The notes below the pieces were generated by a model. The model saw only the letters and a program-made list of their open reading frames with translations. It did not search any database and was not told the origin of the DNA. The position numbers were made by a program, and so were the translations under genes. DNA of 64,000 nucleotides from an uncultured virus (IMG/VR IMGVR_UViG_3300050821_002105) (lineage: Duplodnaviria; Heunggongvirae; Uroviricota; Caudoviricetes), in the IMG/VR virus record IMGVR_UViG_3300050821_002105, one strand, 5' to 3'. This document shows positions 44,556 through 52,361 of this stretch, one piece after another. Each line of letters opens with the position of its first letter. Position 1 is the stretch's first letter.

Positions 44556-44866
44556 TCAAGCCCCATGGAGACTCTTCCTCTAGTGCCGCCATTTGTCCCA
44601 GGATGGAGTCAGGCGCATAACAACAAGGGGCGAAGTGCTTCATGCTGCTCCAGACGTGGCAGTTGCAGGTGCAGCTTCCGTATCTGGTTGGGCAATCTGA
44701 GTTATCGTTAGCTTCAAACATTAGAGCGGCGCTCCTTCGCAACAAGTGTCCCTGAAGCCACAGTTAGGACAACGATAATGGGCGTGTTCTGGAACCATCT
44801 CGTAGTCACAGAATGGACAGTCAACGTATCGTCTGGCTTTGACTGTGGTTGGTTCGTCTTTCATAA

Positions 44867-44941
44867 TGGCCCTTCCGGCAGGAATTGCACCCGCATAGAT
44901 AGCTTAGAAGGCTATCGTCCTATCTGTTGAACGACGGAAGG
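44867..44941 (-). tRNA. tRNA-Arg(TCT)
   Basis: Cloverleaf, CCA. Confidence 0.85.
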
Positions 44942-44945
44942 AAAG

Positions 44946-45084
44946 TGGCCAGGCCAAAGGGAGTCGAACCCCTTGTCGCGCGTGGGCTTAGCCCGCCTCT
45001 CACCGCTAGCCTCACGATGGATTGCGTGCAGCCTATGACACCCACAACGGCCAGGCAGTGCTGGATGCCATTCCGGGCACCTGA
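44946..45084 (-). ncRNA. About 140-nt tRNA-like RNA (T arm + CCA, no normal anticodon arm)
   Basis: AAGGGG-TTCGACT-CCCTT...CCTGGCCA end; multi-hairpin body. Confidence 0.55.
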
Positions 45085-45089
45085 AAAAA

Positions 45090-45177
45090 TGGAGGCAGGG
45101 GTGAGGACTTGAACCCCACAAGGGCAGTTACGCCCCTAGCTTATGAGACTAGTTAGCCACCGCGGCTCGTCCCTGCA
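45090..45177 (-). tRNA. Atypical tRNA(CAT) with long variable arm
   Basis: CTAGT-CTCATAA-GCTAG; V arm GGGC-GTAACT-GCCC; 6-bp T stem; CCA. Confidence 0.65.
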
Positions 45178-45179
45178 AG

Positions 45180-45251
45180 TCGCTATACTCGGTTACGATC
45201 CGAGACTCAATCCTTATGAGAGATTGCAGGTTACCAAACCAATCTACAGCG
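45180..45251 (-). tRNA. tRNA(CAT) Met/Ile2, divergent
   Basis: AATCT-CTCATAA-GGATT; CGCTGTA/TATAGCG acceptor. Confidence 0.65.
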
Positions 45252-45599
45252 TTATTCTTCGACCCACTTACCATTGACCCTAACCTCTATTTTGAGGTTT
45301 TTGGTATCTAGTTCACGGGCTACTTCTTGTTCTATTGACTCTTCCCTTGCCGCATCTGCTTCTTTATCGTGAAGCCATGCAAGGAATCTAAATGATTTAG
45401 CCATCCTCCTTAGTGCTTCTCGGCGGTTATGAAGTTGGTCACGATGGGTTCGTGATTCTCCTACGGCACCGGACTCACGATGGATGACTCTAGCCCCAGA
45501 AGATTTTTTATTCTGCGCCTGTCCACCTTTGCCACCGGCACGAAAAAACTGCCATTCTAGGTCCGAACCTCCAATGGACATCATTTTTTCTCTTGGCAT
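45252..45599 (-). CDS. RF-1 domain peptidyl-tRNA hydrolase (ArfB-like)
   Basis: FFRAGGKGGQAQNK...R.Q..NR..A. Confidence 0.88.
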   Translation of the reverse strand: MPREKMMSIGGSDLEWQFFRAGGKGGQAQNKKSSGARVIHRESGAVGESRTHRDQLHNRREALRRMAKSFRFLAWLHDKEADAAREESIEQEVARELDTKNLKIEVRVNGKWVEE

Positions 45600-45945
45600 A
45601 ATTACGCTTTCTAAGAACTGGTACGCGTTGTTGCTACTACTATTCCGTCTTCTTCTGTGTAGGTGAAGTGAGGTGGCCTATCGTACCACATATGACCAGG
45701 AGTATTAGGTGGAACGGAAACGACCGAATGACAAAGGATATAGAACTCCACGTTCTTTAGATGGCGCTCTATACGCTCTAGCCGGTTATCGGTCATCGCT
45801 AGTTTCTCTGTATGGAAACTTTCCTATGTTGCGGAGCGAATACTGCCACACCTTCCACATTGGAATCTGATCCTTCTTCGGGCTACAGGTGGGACACGCC
45901 CCTCTGTCGCCCTGTTTTGTGTTGTCTAGCTCTTTAGCGATTGCT

Positions 45946-46251
45946 TTACTCATCGAACAGGTCTTCTAGGTCAACGTCAACCAGTTCCGCCAGACGCTTA
46001 ATCAGAGCCACCTTCTCTTCGACCTCACAGTCTTTTTGACCTGTTTCCTCATCGTAGAGCTTAGCTGCCTTCAGGAGCTTCTTCAGTGCCTCTAGTTCCG
46101 CCTTCAGCTTGTCTAGCTCTTGGCGAGTAGGAGGGTTAACATCTATGATGACGTTAGGGCTGTATGGTGGTGTGGTGTAAGGAACCACCCACGGCTCCTG
46201 AATAGGGTAGCGCCTACTCCAGTCGTCACCTACAAAACTTACTGTACACAT
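45946..46251 (-). CDS. Conserved phage protein (MCTVS..GD)
   Basis: GGAGG RBS; coiled-coil C-terminus. Confidence 0.6.
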   Translation of the reverse strand: MCTVSFVGDDWSRRYPIQEPWVVPYTTPPYSPNVIIDVNPPTRQELDKLKAELEALKKLLKAAKLYDEETGQKDCEVEEKVALIKRLAELVDVDLEDLFDE

Positions 46252-46394
46252 ACATCCTCCATAATCTTCTCCACAACGCCCTGAAGCGCTGGATCTACTT
46301 TGACCGGCTTACACTGAGCGATCAATTCCAGGAGCACCCTACGGCGCTCTGGATTCTCGTCTAGTCGTAGTCCAATCTTCATCTTGCTCCTAAA

Positions 46395-46472
46395 TGGGGT
46401 GACGGAGGGGACTCGAACCCCCTACCTACTAGGGCCACGACCTAGTGCTTCGACCACTTTAGCTTCCGCCAC
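46395..46472 (-). tRNA. tRNA-His(GTG)
   Basis: Cloverleaf, C73, CCA. Confidence 0.85.
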
Positions 46473-46512
46473 ATCTATAGCTTAACATGGATCTCTCCAT
46501 TTGTCAAGCCGT

Positions 46513-46586
46513 TGGTACTCCCTGCCAGAATCGAACTGACACTAACAGGATGTAAGCCTGTTACACTACCATTATGTTAAGGGAGC
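46513..46586 (-). tRNA. tRNA-Val(TAC)
   Basis: Cloverleaf, CCA. Confidence 0.85.
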
Positions 46587-46587
46587 A

Positions 46588-46664
46588 TGGTGCAGGCGAC
46601 AGGAATCGAACCCGCTTTTGTCAGCTTAAAAGGCTGCTGCAACACCAAATTTTGCTACACCTGC
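46588..46664 (-). tRNA. tRNA-Lys(TTT)
   Basis: Cloverleaf, CCA. Confidence 0.85.
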
Positions 46665-46665
46665 A

Positions 46666-46741
46666 TGGTTGGGGCACCCGGCGTCGATCCGAGTCTAATA
46701 CGTTATCAGCGTATTGTGCGAACCACCTACACTATACCCCA
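46666..46741 (-). tRNA. tRNA-Ile(GAT)
   Basis: Cloverleaf, CCA. Confidence 0.85.
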
Positions 46742-46742
46742 C

Positions 46743-46817
46743 TGGTGTTACCGGCAGGAATCGAACCCGCGTATCCGCCTCTTCAGGGCGGCGCTACACC
46801 GTCTCAGCTACGGCAAC
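46743..46817 (-). tRNA. tRNA-Phe(GAA)
   Basis: Cloverleaf, CCA. Confidence 0.88.
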
Positions 46818-46818
46818 A

Positions 46819-46892
46819 TGGTACGGGAGACAGGTGTTGAGCCTGCTAAGGCTAGTTAATAAGACTGGCTGGGGTACCGACCCCGCTCCCGC
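46819..46892 (-). tRNA. tRNA-Ile(TAT), atypical
   Basis: Loop CTTATTA; short D arm; CCA. Confidence 0.65.
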
Positions 46893-47226
46893 ACGGCTAA
46901 TCTTCTTCTTGGTCCATCTCGATCTGAAGGGTTTGGTTCCATCCTTCGCAGTGTGCGGCGATTGAAGCATAGAACTCAGCCGACTCAGCTACCGTTAAAA
47001 GTAACGCATCACAGCCGACTTCATCAATAGCGTCAATCGCTCCTTCAATGAGATTGTCTAGCTTGTCCTCCGTCATGGTTCCTCCTAGTAGTAGCGGTCT
47101 AGAACGTCTATCGCCTCATGGCAAGCGTTCTCAACTCTTGCCGCAGCAGCAGCAAGATAATCTAACGCTATCCACAAAACGGTTCTTACGAGCATATCTG
47201 CATTATAACAGATGGACTCGATGATG

Positions 47227-47475
47227 TCAAGCCCCCGCAGTCTTCTTGCTGCTGGACAAAGCGCCTACAACGCGACGAGCCTCTAGAACCACTGCCGACA
47301 CAGCAGTAGACACGGCTACGATGATTGCTGTTTCTGGTCCTGCAATGTGCAGAGAGGATGCAGCATTTTCCACGACGGCCAGTACGGCACCTACGGATGC
47401 ACCTACGGATGCGATGTCGGCCGCGATGACCTTGACATCAGACTTCAGCGTATTGAGAGTAACACTCGTACTCAT
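47227..47475 (-). CDS. Small two-TM membrane protein (holin-like)
   Basis: AAGGAG RBS; hydrophobic helices, basic tail. Confidence 0.5.
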   Translation of the reverse strand: MSTSVTLNTLKSDVKVIAADIASVGASVGAVLAVVENAASSLHIAGPETAIIVAVSTAVSAVVLEARRVVGALSSSKKTAGA

Positions 47476-47656
47476 ATCGTTTCTCCTTCTGGGAGTTTGT
47501 ATTCAATCTTTGGGCTACGATAGCCGATTGGGTAATGCTTGTCTACGAAAGCGTTGAAAGCGGTCAAGTATGGTTTTACTCGAAATTGCCACTCAGCAAA
47601 ACTTTCGTCTTCTTGTGGGATTCTGCTATCTGCGATTGACATTGAATCTCCTTAGG

Positions 47657-47731
47657 TGGAGCCACCAGTAGGACTTGAACCCACTTCACGACGGTACAAA
47701 GGTCGGGTTTTACCAGGTAAACTATGGTGAC
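47657..47731 (-). tRNA. tRNA-Thr(TGT)
   Basis: Cloverleaf, CCA. Confidence 0.8.
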
Positions 47732-47732
47732 G

Positions 47733-47805
47733 TGGCTCCCAGCCTAGGACTCGGACCTAGACGAACAGCTTCAAAGGCTGCTGTGCTACCTTACACTAGC
47801 CGGGA
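47733..47805 (-). tRNA. tRNA-Gln(TTG)
   Basis: Cloverleaf, U1-A72, CCA. Confidence 0.85.
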
Positions 47806-47806
47806 A

Positions 47807-47881
47807 TGGAGTGGATAAGGAGATTCGAACTCCTGACTTCAACTTGGAAGGATGACGTGATAGCCACTTCACTATACCCAC
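47807..47881 (-). tRNA. tRNA-Gly(TCC)
   Basis: Cloverleaf, U73, CCA. Confidence 0.88.
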
Positions 47882-47885
47882 ATTG

Positions 47886-48470
47886 TTATGCTATTGCTGC
47901 TAATTCCGCGGGGAACTGTTGGTACACGTCCCCCGTTATTTTTCCTCCACCAGACAGAAGCCCGTAAGCATACAGTCCGGAGCAGATCCATGTTCCGTCA
48001 CGTCTGAAATCCACTCGAATGAACTTAGGCGTTAAAACGTTAAACGCGATACTTAGGATTGTAAGGAAACCATACTTCGTTCCTAGTTGGCTTCTTAGCA
48101 TAGTTAAGATTTCCTGACGATCTTGCTCCCATGCTTGGTTAGTTCCGACCACTCTAGGAAATGCCGACAGAGAGATGATCTCGTACTGCCCACCATGTTC
48201 GCTCAGAAGTTGTGTGTTATACACCCCACGTCCCTGAGCCTGTCCAAGATACCAGTCCACCACCTTTCCGGAATCGTCCCTTACAGGGCGATCTAGCCAT
48301 GCAACATGACTCCATGTAGTGTACTTGCCGTATCCGCGGATCTTCTGGCCCAGACGAATCGCCCAACCCACAAACCCCGGCGACGTACAAAAAACACAAT
48401 CTCCAGCCTGAGCCTGAGATAACGGTATCGTGGGAACCCCAACGTAAGCTAGAGTCTGTGAGTAGAGCAA
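47886..48470 (-). CDS. Permuted papain-like NlpC/P60 amidase (YiiX/YebB-like)
   Basis: GDCVF...IR..Q...WSHVA early, ICSGL late. Confidence 0.75.
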   Translation of the reverse strand: MLYSQTLAYVGVPTIPLSQAQAGDCVFCTSPGFVGWAIRLGQKIRGYGKYTTWSHVAWLDRPVRDDSGKVVDWYLGQAQGRGVYNTQLLSEHGGQYEIISLSAFPRVVGTNQAWEQDRQEILTMLRSQLGTKYGFLTILSIAFNVLTPKFIRVDFRRDGTWICSGLYAYGLLSGGGKITGDVYQQFPAELAAIA

Positions 48471-48491
48471 TTGTTTCTCCTATAAATAAAA

Positions 48492-48565
48492 TGGAGGGAC
48501 ATACGGGAATCGAACCCGTGCTTTCAGCATGGCAAGCTGACGTACTGCCTCTGTACCAATATCCC
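48492..48565 (-). tRNA. tRNA-Gly(GCC)
   Basis: Cloverleaf, CCA. Confidence 0.85.
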
Positions 48566-48568
48566 ACT

Positions 48569-48642
48569 TGGAGGCGCCGACCAGATTTGCACTGGTGTGA
48601 CTCGTTTTGCAGACGAGCAGTTCACTACTCACCCACGGCGCC
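48569..48642 (-). tRNA. tRNA-Cys(GCA)
   Basis: Cloverleaf, U73, CCA. Confidence 0.85.
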
Positions 48643-48643
48643 G

Positions 48644-48717
48644 TGGCTCCCCGCCCAGGTAACGCTCCCGGTTCTCTTCGTTAACAGCGAAGCATGTGGC
48701 TTTCACACCGGCAGGGA
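48644..48717 (-). tRNA. tRNA-Asn(GTT)
   Basis: CTTCG-CTGTTAA-CGAAG; divergent T-loop; CCA. Confidence 0.75.
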
Positions 48718-48787
48718 ATACGATGGTTGATAACGCAGGCCATCGCTGCGGCGCCGTTCTAGATCCGGGGTGGCTGGCTTACCCCCG

Positions 48788-48858
48788 TACCGATATCGGG
48801 GATTGAACCCGAACTGCATGGCTGAGAACCATGTGGACTACCATTATCCTATACCGGC
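48788..48858 (-). tRNA. tRNA-Glu(CTC)
   Basis: Cloverleaf, no encoded CCA. Confidence 0.85.
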
Positions 48859-48878
48859 TTGTGTTGCTTTGACTTGCT

Positions 48879-48955
48879 TGGTACTCCGTAGGGGCGACGA
48901 TCCCCTTCTATCACCTTGAAAGGGTGAGGAACTAACCAACGTATTCTAACGGAGC
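48879..48955 (-). tRNA. tRNA-Glu(TTC)
   Basis: Cloverleaf, CCA. Confidence 0.82.
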
Positions 48956-49119
48956 ATGGCCGGATTGAAAGGTGCCTGAACTGTGCCGTTGGAACGAACA
49001 GGAGCTACCTGTTCTCACCCATCTTTGGACGCTGATCTTTGCACAAACGTCACGCCCTATGATCTCCGGACCTGCTTGACCATAGAGCTATTATATCACA
49101 ACCATCTCTGGTTGTCAAG

Positions 49120-49204
49120 AGGAAAGCGGGGTTCCCGCCACCCAGACGATTTCTCGCCCCACCTACTTTCCAGATAGGGCCGACACTCTGCCGGTTCACT
49201 TTCC
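49120..49204 (-). tRNA. tRNA-Ser(GGA), 8/4 fold
   Basis: Acceptor GGAAAGTG/CGCTTTCC; T stem GGGT/ACCC; long V arm. Confidence 0.75.
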
Positions 49205-49205
49205 G

Positions 49206-49292
49206 TGGAGGAAGGCAGCCCACACGATGAGCACGCCGTTAAGCGCCGTCTGTATTCAAAGCAGCGTCAGGAACCTTCCTGATTTACCTTCC
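49206..49292 (-). tRNA. tRNA-Ser(TGA), 8/4 fold
   Basis: GGAAGGTA/TGCCTTCC; T stem GCTC/GGGC; extended D stem; CCA. Confidence 0.72.
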
Positions 49293-49551
49293 CGGTTACT
49301 GTTGCGGAATCACCACCAGCTAGTTGTGCTGGTACCGGATCTCCACTGACCCTACTGGTAGCAATCAGCTTCTTCAAATTCTTTACCTCTTCAATCGTGT
49401 CGTCAAGGCGTCCATCTACATGAACCTCAACGCGAGCAATAGCGTTATCGCGCTCTCTTCCTTTTTGATCCTGCTTGTTCAATCGGTAGATGATGTATGG
49501 ACCGATCAACGCCGTGAAAACTGCGCTGATAATGATTAGGGCTATCTCCAT
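49267..49551 (-). CDS. Single-TM membrane protein
   Basis: N-terminal TM plus coiled coil. Confidence 0.55.
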   Translation of the reverse strand: MEIALIIISAVFTALIGPYIIYRLNKQDQKGRERDNAIARVEVHVDGRLDDTIEEVKNLKKLIATSRVSGDPVPAQLAGGDSATVTGKVNQEGS

Positions 49552-49581
49552 GAGATCCCCACTTCTGTTCCCCTTCGTGAG

Positions 49582-49667
49582 AGGAAAGCCCCGGTCCCGC
49601 CCCGGATCCCCCTAAGGGAACGTGTAGGTTTCGAATCTACCCTGGCCGCTTCACCAGTTGACTTTCC
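49582..49667 (-). tRNA. tRNA-Ser(CGA), 8/4 fold
   Basis: GGAAAGTC/GGCTTTCC; T stem CCGG/CCGG; long V arm. Confidence 0.75.
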
Positions 49668-50000
49668 GCAGGTTTACCAAACCCAATGTACCGGATGCCA
49701 TATGGTCCAGAATTGCAAGATGAATGCAATCACAAACAACATCATTCCGGCGTATCCGATATCATTTTCCTTGTGCCACTTGTAGCCAAAGACAGCAACA
49801 GCAGCGATGGAGACGAATAGAGCAACAACTTGCATGACGCGTCCTTTCCTACAGTTTCCCCCGCGAATGTCCGAATACGATGATGGCTAGCACGACGATG
49901 GCGGCTATCCAAACGAACGGAGTTGTAATGAAGCCAAAGATGGCGAAGAGAATCAGTAGTAGGATTAAGAAAATGAGCATGATTGCTCCTTTGTTGCAAC

Positions 50001-50089
50001 TGGAGGATAGCGGGTGACTTGAACACCACCCGCCGAAAACGGGCGCATTGCTTAGCAGGCAAGCCTTACCCCTTGTAAGTTCACTATCC
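50001..50089 (-). tRNA. tRNA-Ser(GCT), 8/4 fold
   Basis: GGATAGTG/CGCTATCC; GGTG-TTCAAGT-CACC; CCA. Confidence 0.8.
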
Positions 50090-50091
50090 AT

Positions 50092-50197
50092 AAACCCCGA
50101 GTTGTGCCACCATTACACTAAGTCCACCGCTTCTGATCGGTCCCGATCAATTGTCTAGACCGCGGTGGGCCGGAATCGAACCGGTCCTACTCGGTTT
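50092..50197 (-). ncRNA. Circularly permuted tRNA mimic 1 (YrlA-like topology)
   Basis: 5' stem, T arm, closed acceptor stem, D arm, 3' stem. Confidence 0.7.
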
Positions 50198-50198
50198 G

Positions 50199-50272
50199 CC
50201 TCGCATATAGGATTCGAACCTACGCTGACTCGGTTTAGGAAACCGACGCTCTATCCACTGAGCTAATGCGAG
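50199..50272 (-). tRNA. tRNA-Arg(CCT)
   Basis: Canonical cloverleaf. Confidence 0.9.
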
Positions 50273-50279
50273 AAGAAAC

Positions 50280-50434
50280 TGGGTGGCCGGTGGGGTGTCA
50301 ATACCGTGGGTCGTCATGCAGACTCGAAAATCCGACAATCTAGAGTATCCCCTAGCGGACACGGCTTTCCCATCCTCCGTTTACGGCGCCAGCGCCCCAT
50401 GACCGGGCCTAGCTAACCTCTGTCCCTACCACCC
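50280..50434 (-). ncRNA. Unidentified structured RNA, about 155 nt
   Basis: Closing helix GGGTGGT/GCCACCC; fills the gap between two tRNAs. Confidence 0.5.
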
Positions 50435-50438
50435 AAAC

Positions 50439-50512
50439 TGGAGCCGCCATTGGGAATCGGACCCAAACTACTTCCATACCAAGGAAGAACACTACCATTA
50501 TGCGATGGCGAC
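50439..50512 (-). tRNA. tRNA-Thr(GGT)
   Basis: Cloverleaf, CCA. Confidence 0.85.
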
Positions 50513-50569
50513 AAAATCAACGGGCCGCTGCCTGCTGCGCTTGTGGCGTCAGCGACGGCACCTACCCGA

Positions 50570-50642
50570 TGGCGCTGTGACTGGGATTCGGACCCAGGAG
50601 GCAGAGATTCGGACTCTCTACTGATAATCCACTTCTCACAGC
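50570..50642 (-). tRNA. tRNA-Arg(CCG), degenerate D arm
   Basis: AGAGA-GTCCGAA-TCTCT; CCA. Confidence 0.65.
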
Positions 50643-50643
50643 A

Positions 50644-50718
50644 TGGCGTTCCCTGCCGGGGATGATCCGACCCTAAGGATTTCGTAGATCCTTGTGCGAT
50701 CCAATACACTAAGGGAAC
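50644..50718 (-). tRNA. tRNA-Arg(ACG)
   Basis: Cloverleaf, CCA. Confidence 0.8.
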
Positions 50719-50719
50719 A

Positions 50720-50794
50720 TGGCGACCTATGGGAGAGTCGGACTCCCTCTTCAAGCGTGACAAGCTTGCGTGACTACCGCTACACTAATAGGCC
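50720..50794 (-). tRNA. tRNA-Asp(GTC)
   Basis: Cloverleaf, G73, CCA. Confidence 0.87.
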
Positions 50795-50810
50795 ATGATT
50801 TGTTGCTAAG

Positions 50811-50882
50811 TTCCGGTGCCAGGCTTCGAACCCAGACTACGAGCGCCAGAAGCTCGCGTGCTACCGATTACACTACTCCGGA
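50811..50882 (-). tRNA. tRNA-Gln(CTG)
   Basis: Cloverleaf. Confidence 0.85.
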
Positions 50883-50917
50883 AAGTGAGATAGAGGCTGG
50901 CGACTTTACCAGTTTGT

Positions 50918-51409
50918 CTACCCGCGTATGATTTTGCCTTTATTACGACCAGCAAAAGTCGGCGTTTGAGAATGACAGTTAGGGCACAAAAATCGTAGAT
51001 TCTCAGGTTTGTTATTCCAAGAGTTTCCATCAATATGATCTATGTGCAGAACGATTGACTCACCTAGCCAATGCGATCTTATCGGACAACCCTTGGTCGC
51101 ACATTCATAGGTCCGACCTATGCTCAGTAGATCCCGAGTTAGGATATCGGAGCCTATGCGGGGCGCTCCTTCTTCTGATACCAATCGTTCGGCAGTTGAA
51201 CGCCTGGATCTGTAAGGCTGTTTTGGTTTTGCTTTAACCCAGAAATGAGAAACATCTATTTCGTATTGTGCGATTTTTTGAGTAATGCGGGTGTTGTTGA
51301 CTCCGTTAGACGGAATACCCAGCGCACGCAAAACATCAGCGTATGAATAACATGATGATACTACTCTACGGATGGCCGTTTCGCTATGATCGTATTTCCT
51401 GATAACCAT
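50918..51409 (-). CDS. HNH homing endonuclease
   Basis: LHIDHIDGNSWNN.PENLRFLCPNCHSQT.T. Confidence 0.9.
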   Translation of the reverse strand: MVIRKYDHSETAIRRVVSSCYSYADVLRALGIPSNGVNNTRITQKIAQYEIDVSHFWVKAKPKQPYRSRRSTAERLVSEEGAPRIGSDILTRDLLSIGRTYECATKGCPIRSHWLGESIVLHIDHIDGNSWNNKPENLRFLCPNCHSQTPTFAGRNKGKIIRG

Positions 51410-51498
51410 TTTCTGCTCCTGTCTCAACCCAGGAAAGGGTGGGCATTGGGTGGTTGAGCACCCGCCGCCCGTGATTTTGAGCATCTCAACATGCTGAG

Positions 51499-51864
51499 TG
51501 GAGCTAGCGGGTACTGCCCCCGCGTCTTTCGGGCCTCTACTACATTGTCACAATCATTTCCGTCTTTCCGGTTTGTCATGTTGCAGGGGTGACGTTGCCG
51601 CCACTGTTCCACCACTGACTTTTATTGTCGGAAGTCAGAAACCGGACTTTAGGGATCTTGGATTGCAAGGCGTCCCTAGCCCCGGCTGCCGCTTTTAAGC
51701 GGATACGAGAACCTTAGATCCTACCTGAGACAGATAGAAAGCGGCTTCGTCAGCGATACCGAACGTAGTGTTGTCGGTTGTTTCATGTGCGCTTATTAAC
51801 GTGACCTCGCATCACGGATTGTCAATATAGGGTCAGTCATCGAAATCGAATCTTGTTTAGCCCC
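51499..51864 (-). ncRNA. ssrA: tmRNA
   Basis: 5' GGGGCTAAACAAGATTCGA; 3' GACGCGGGGGCAGTACCCGCTAGCTCCA with G3:U70; 366 nt; tag ORF 51775-51695. Confidence 0.92.
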
Positions 51865-51933
51865 ATGAAAAACGAAGCACATGCGCCTTTGGGTAACCGC
51901 TAGCAGTAGCCTCCGGGTGTCCACTTCGTTACG

Positions 51934-52005
51934 TCGGATACCTGGGTGCTGCCCCCAGTATTTCGTGATCCCAAATCACGCGGATTGCTGTCTTCCTCGT
52001 ACCCG
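51934..52005 (-). tRNA. tRNA-Pro(TGG)
   Basis: C1-G72; CGTGA-TTTGGGA-TCACG; T-loop GGCAGCA. Confidence 0.75.
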
Positions 52006-52006
52006 G

Positions 52007-52080
52007 TGGTCCCTCATCTCGGTGCTGCCCCGAGGATTCGACTTTAAGAGAGTCGCTGTTTCCTGTTAACGTAATGAGGG
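52007..52080 (-). tRNA. tRNA-Lys(CTT)
   Basis: CGACT-CTCTTAA-AGTCG; T-loop GGCAGCA; CCA. Confidence 0.75.
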
Positions 52081-52081
52081 T

Positions 52082-52165
52082 TGGTACTCCTGACAGGATT
52101 TGAACCTGCAATCCGAGGAACTAGATTCTAAGTCTAGCGCGTTTTCCGAGTTTCGCCACAGGAGC
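52082..52165 (-). tRNA. tRNA-Leu(TAG)
   Basis: Cloverleaf, long V arm, CCA. Confidence 0.9.
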
Positions 52166-52232
52166 ATGTGGGCAGTTTACCGTCATGCCCAGGACTCCTA
52201 GCGGTATCAGCAGGGTCTTCGCAAGCCTTAGT

Positions 52233-52307
52233 TGGTGGAGGTACTGGTAGTCGAAACCAGATTTCAAGTGTGCAAGACTAGTGTAATCGCCATTATACGA
52301 TACCCCC
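52233..52307 (-). tRNA. tRNA-Ala(TGC)
   Basis: G3:U70, CCA. Confidence 0.85.
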
Positions 52308-52361
52308 ATGTTGCACAGACTCCGGACTTAGCCGTAAGGACCGTCTGTGCATCTTAGCCCA

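Noticed and set aside
48724..48786. Extra tRNA or HDV-like ribozyme after tRNA-Glu(CTC)
   Set aside because: No acceptor pairing or T arm; HDV nested pseudoknot could not be built
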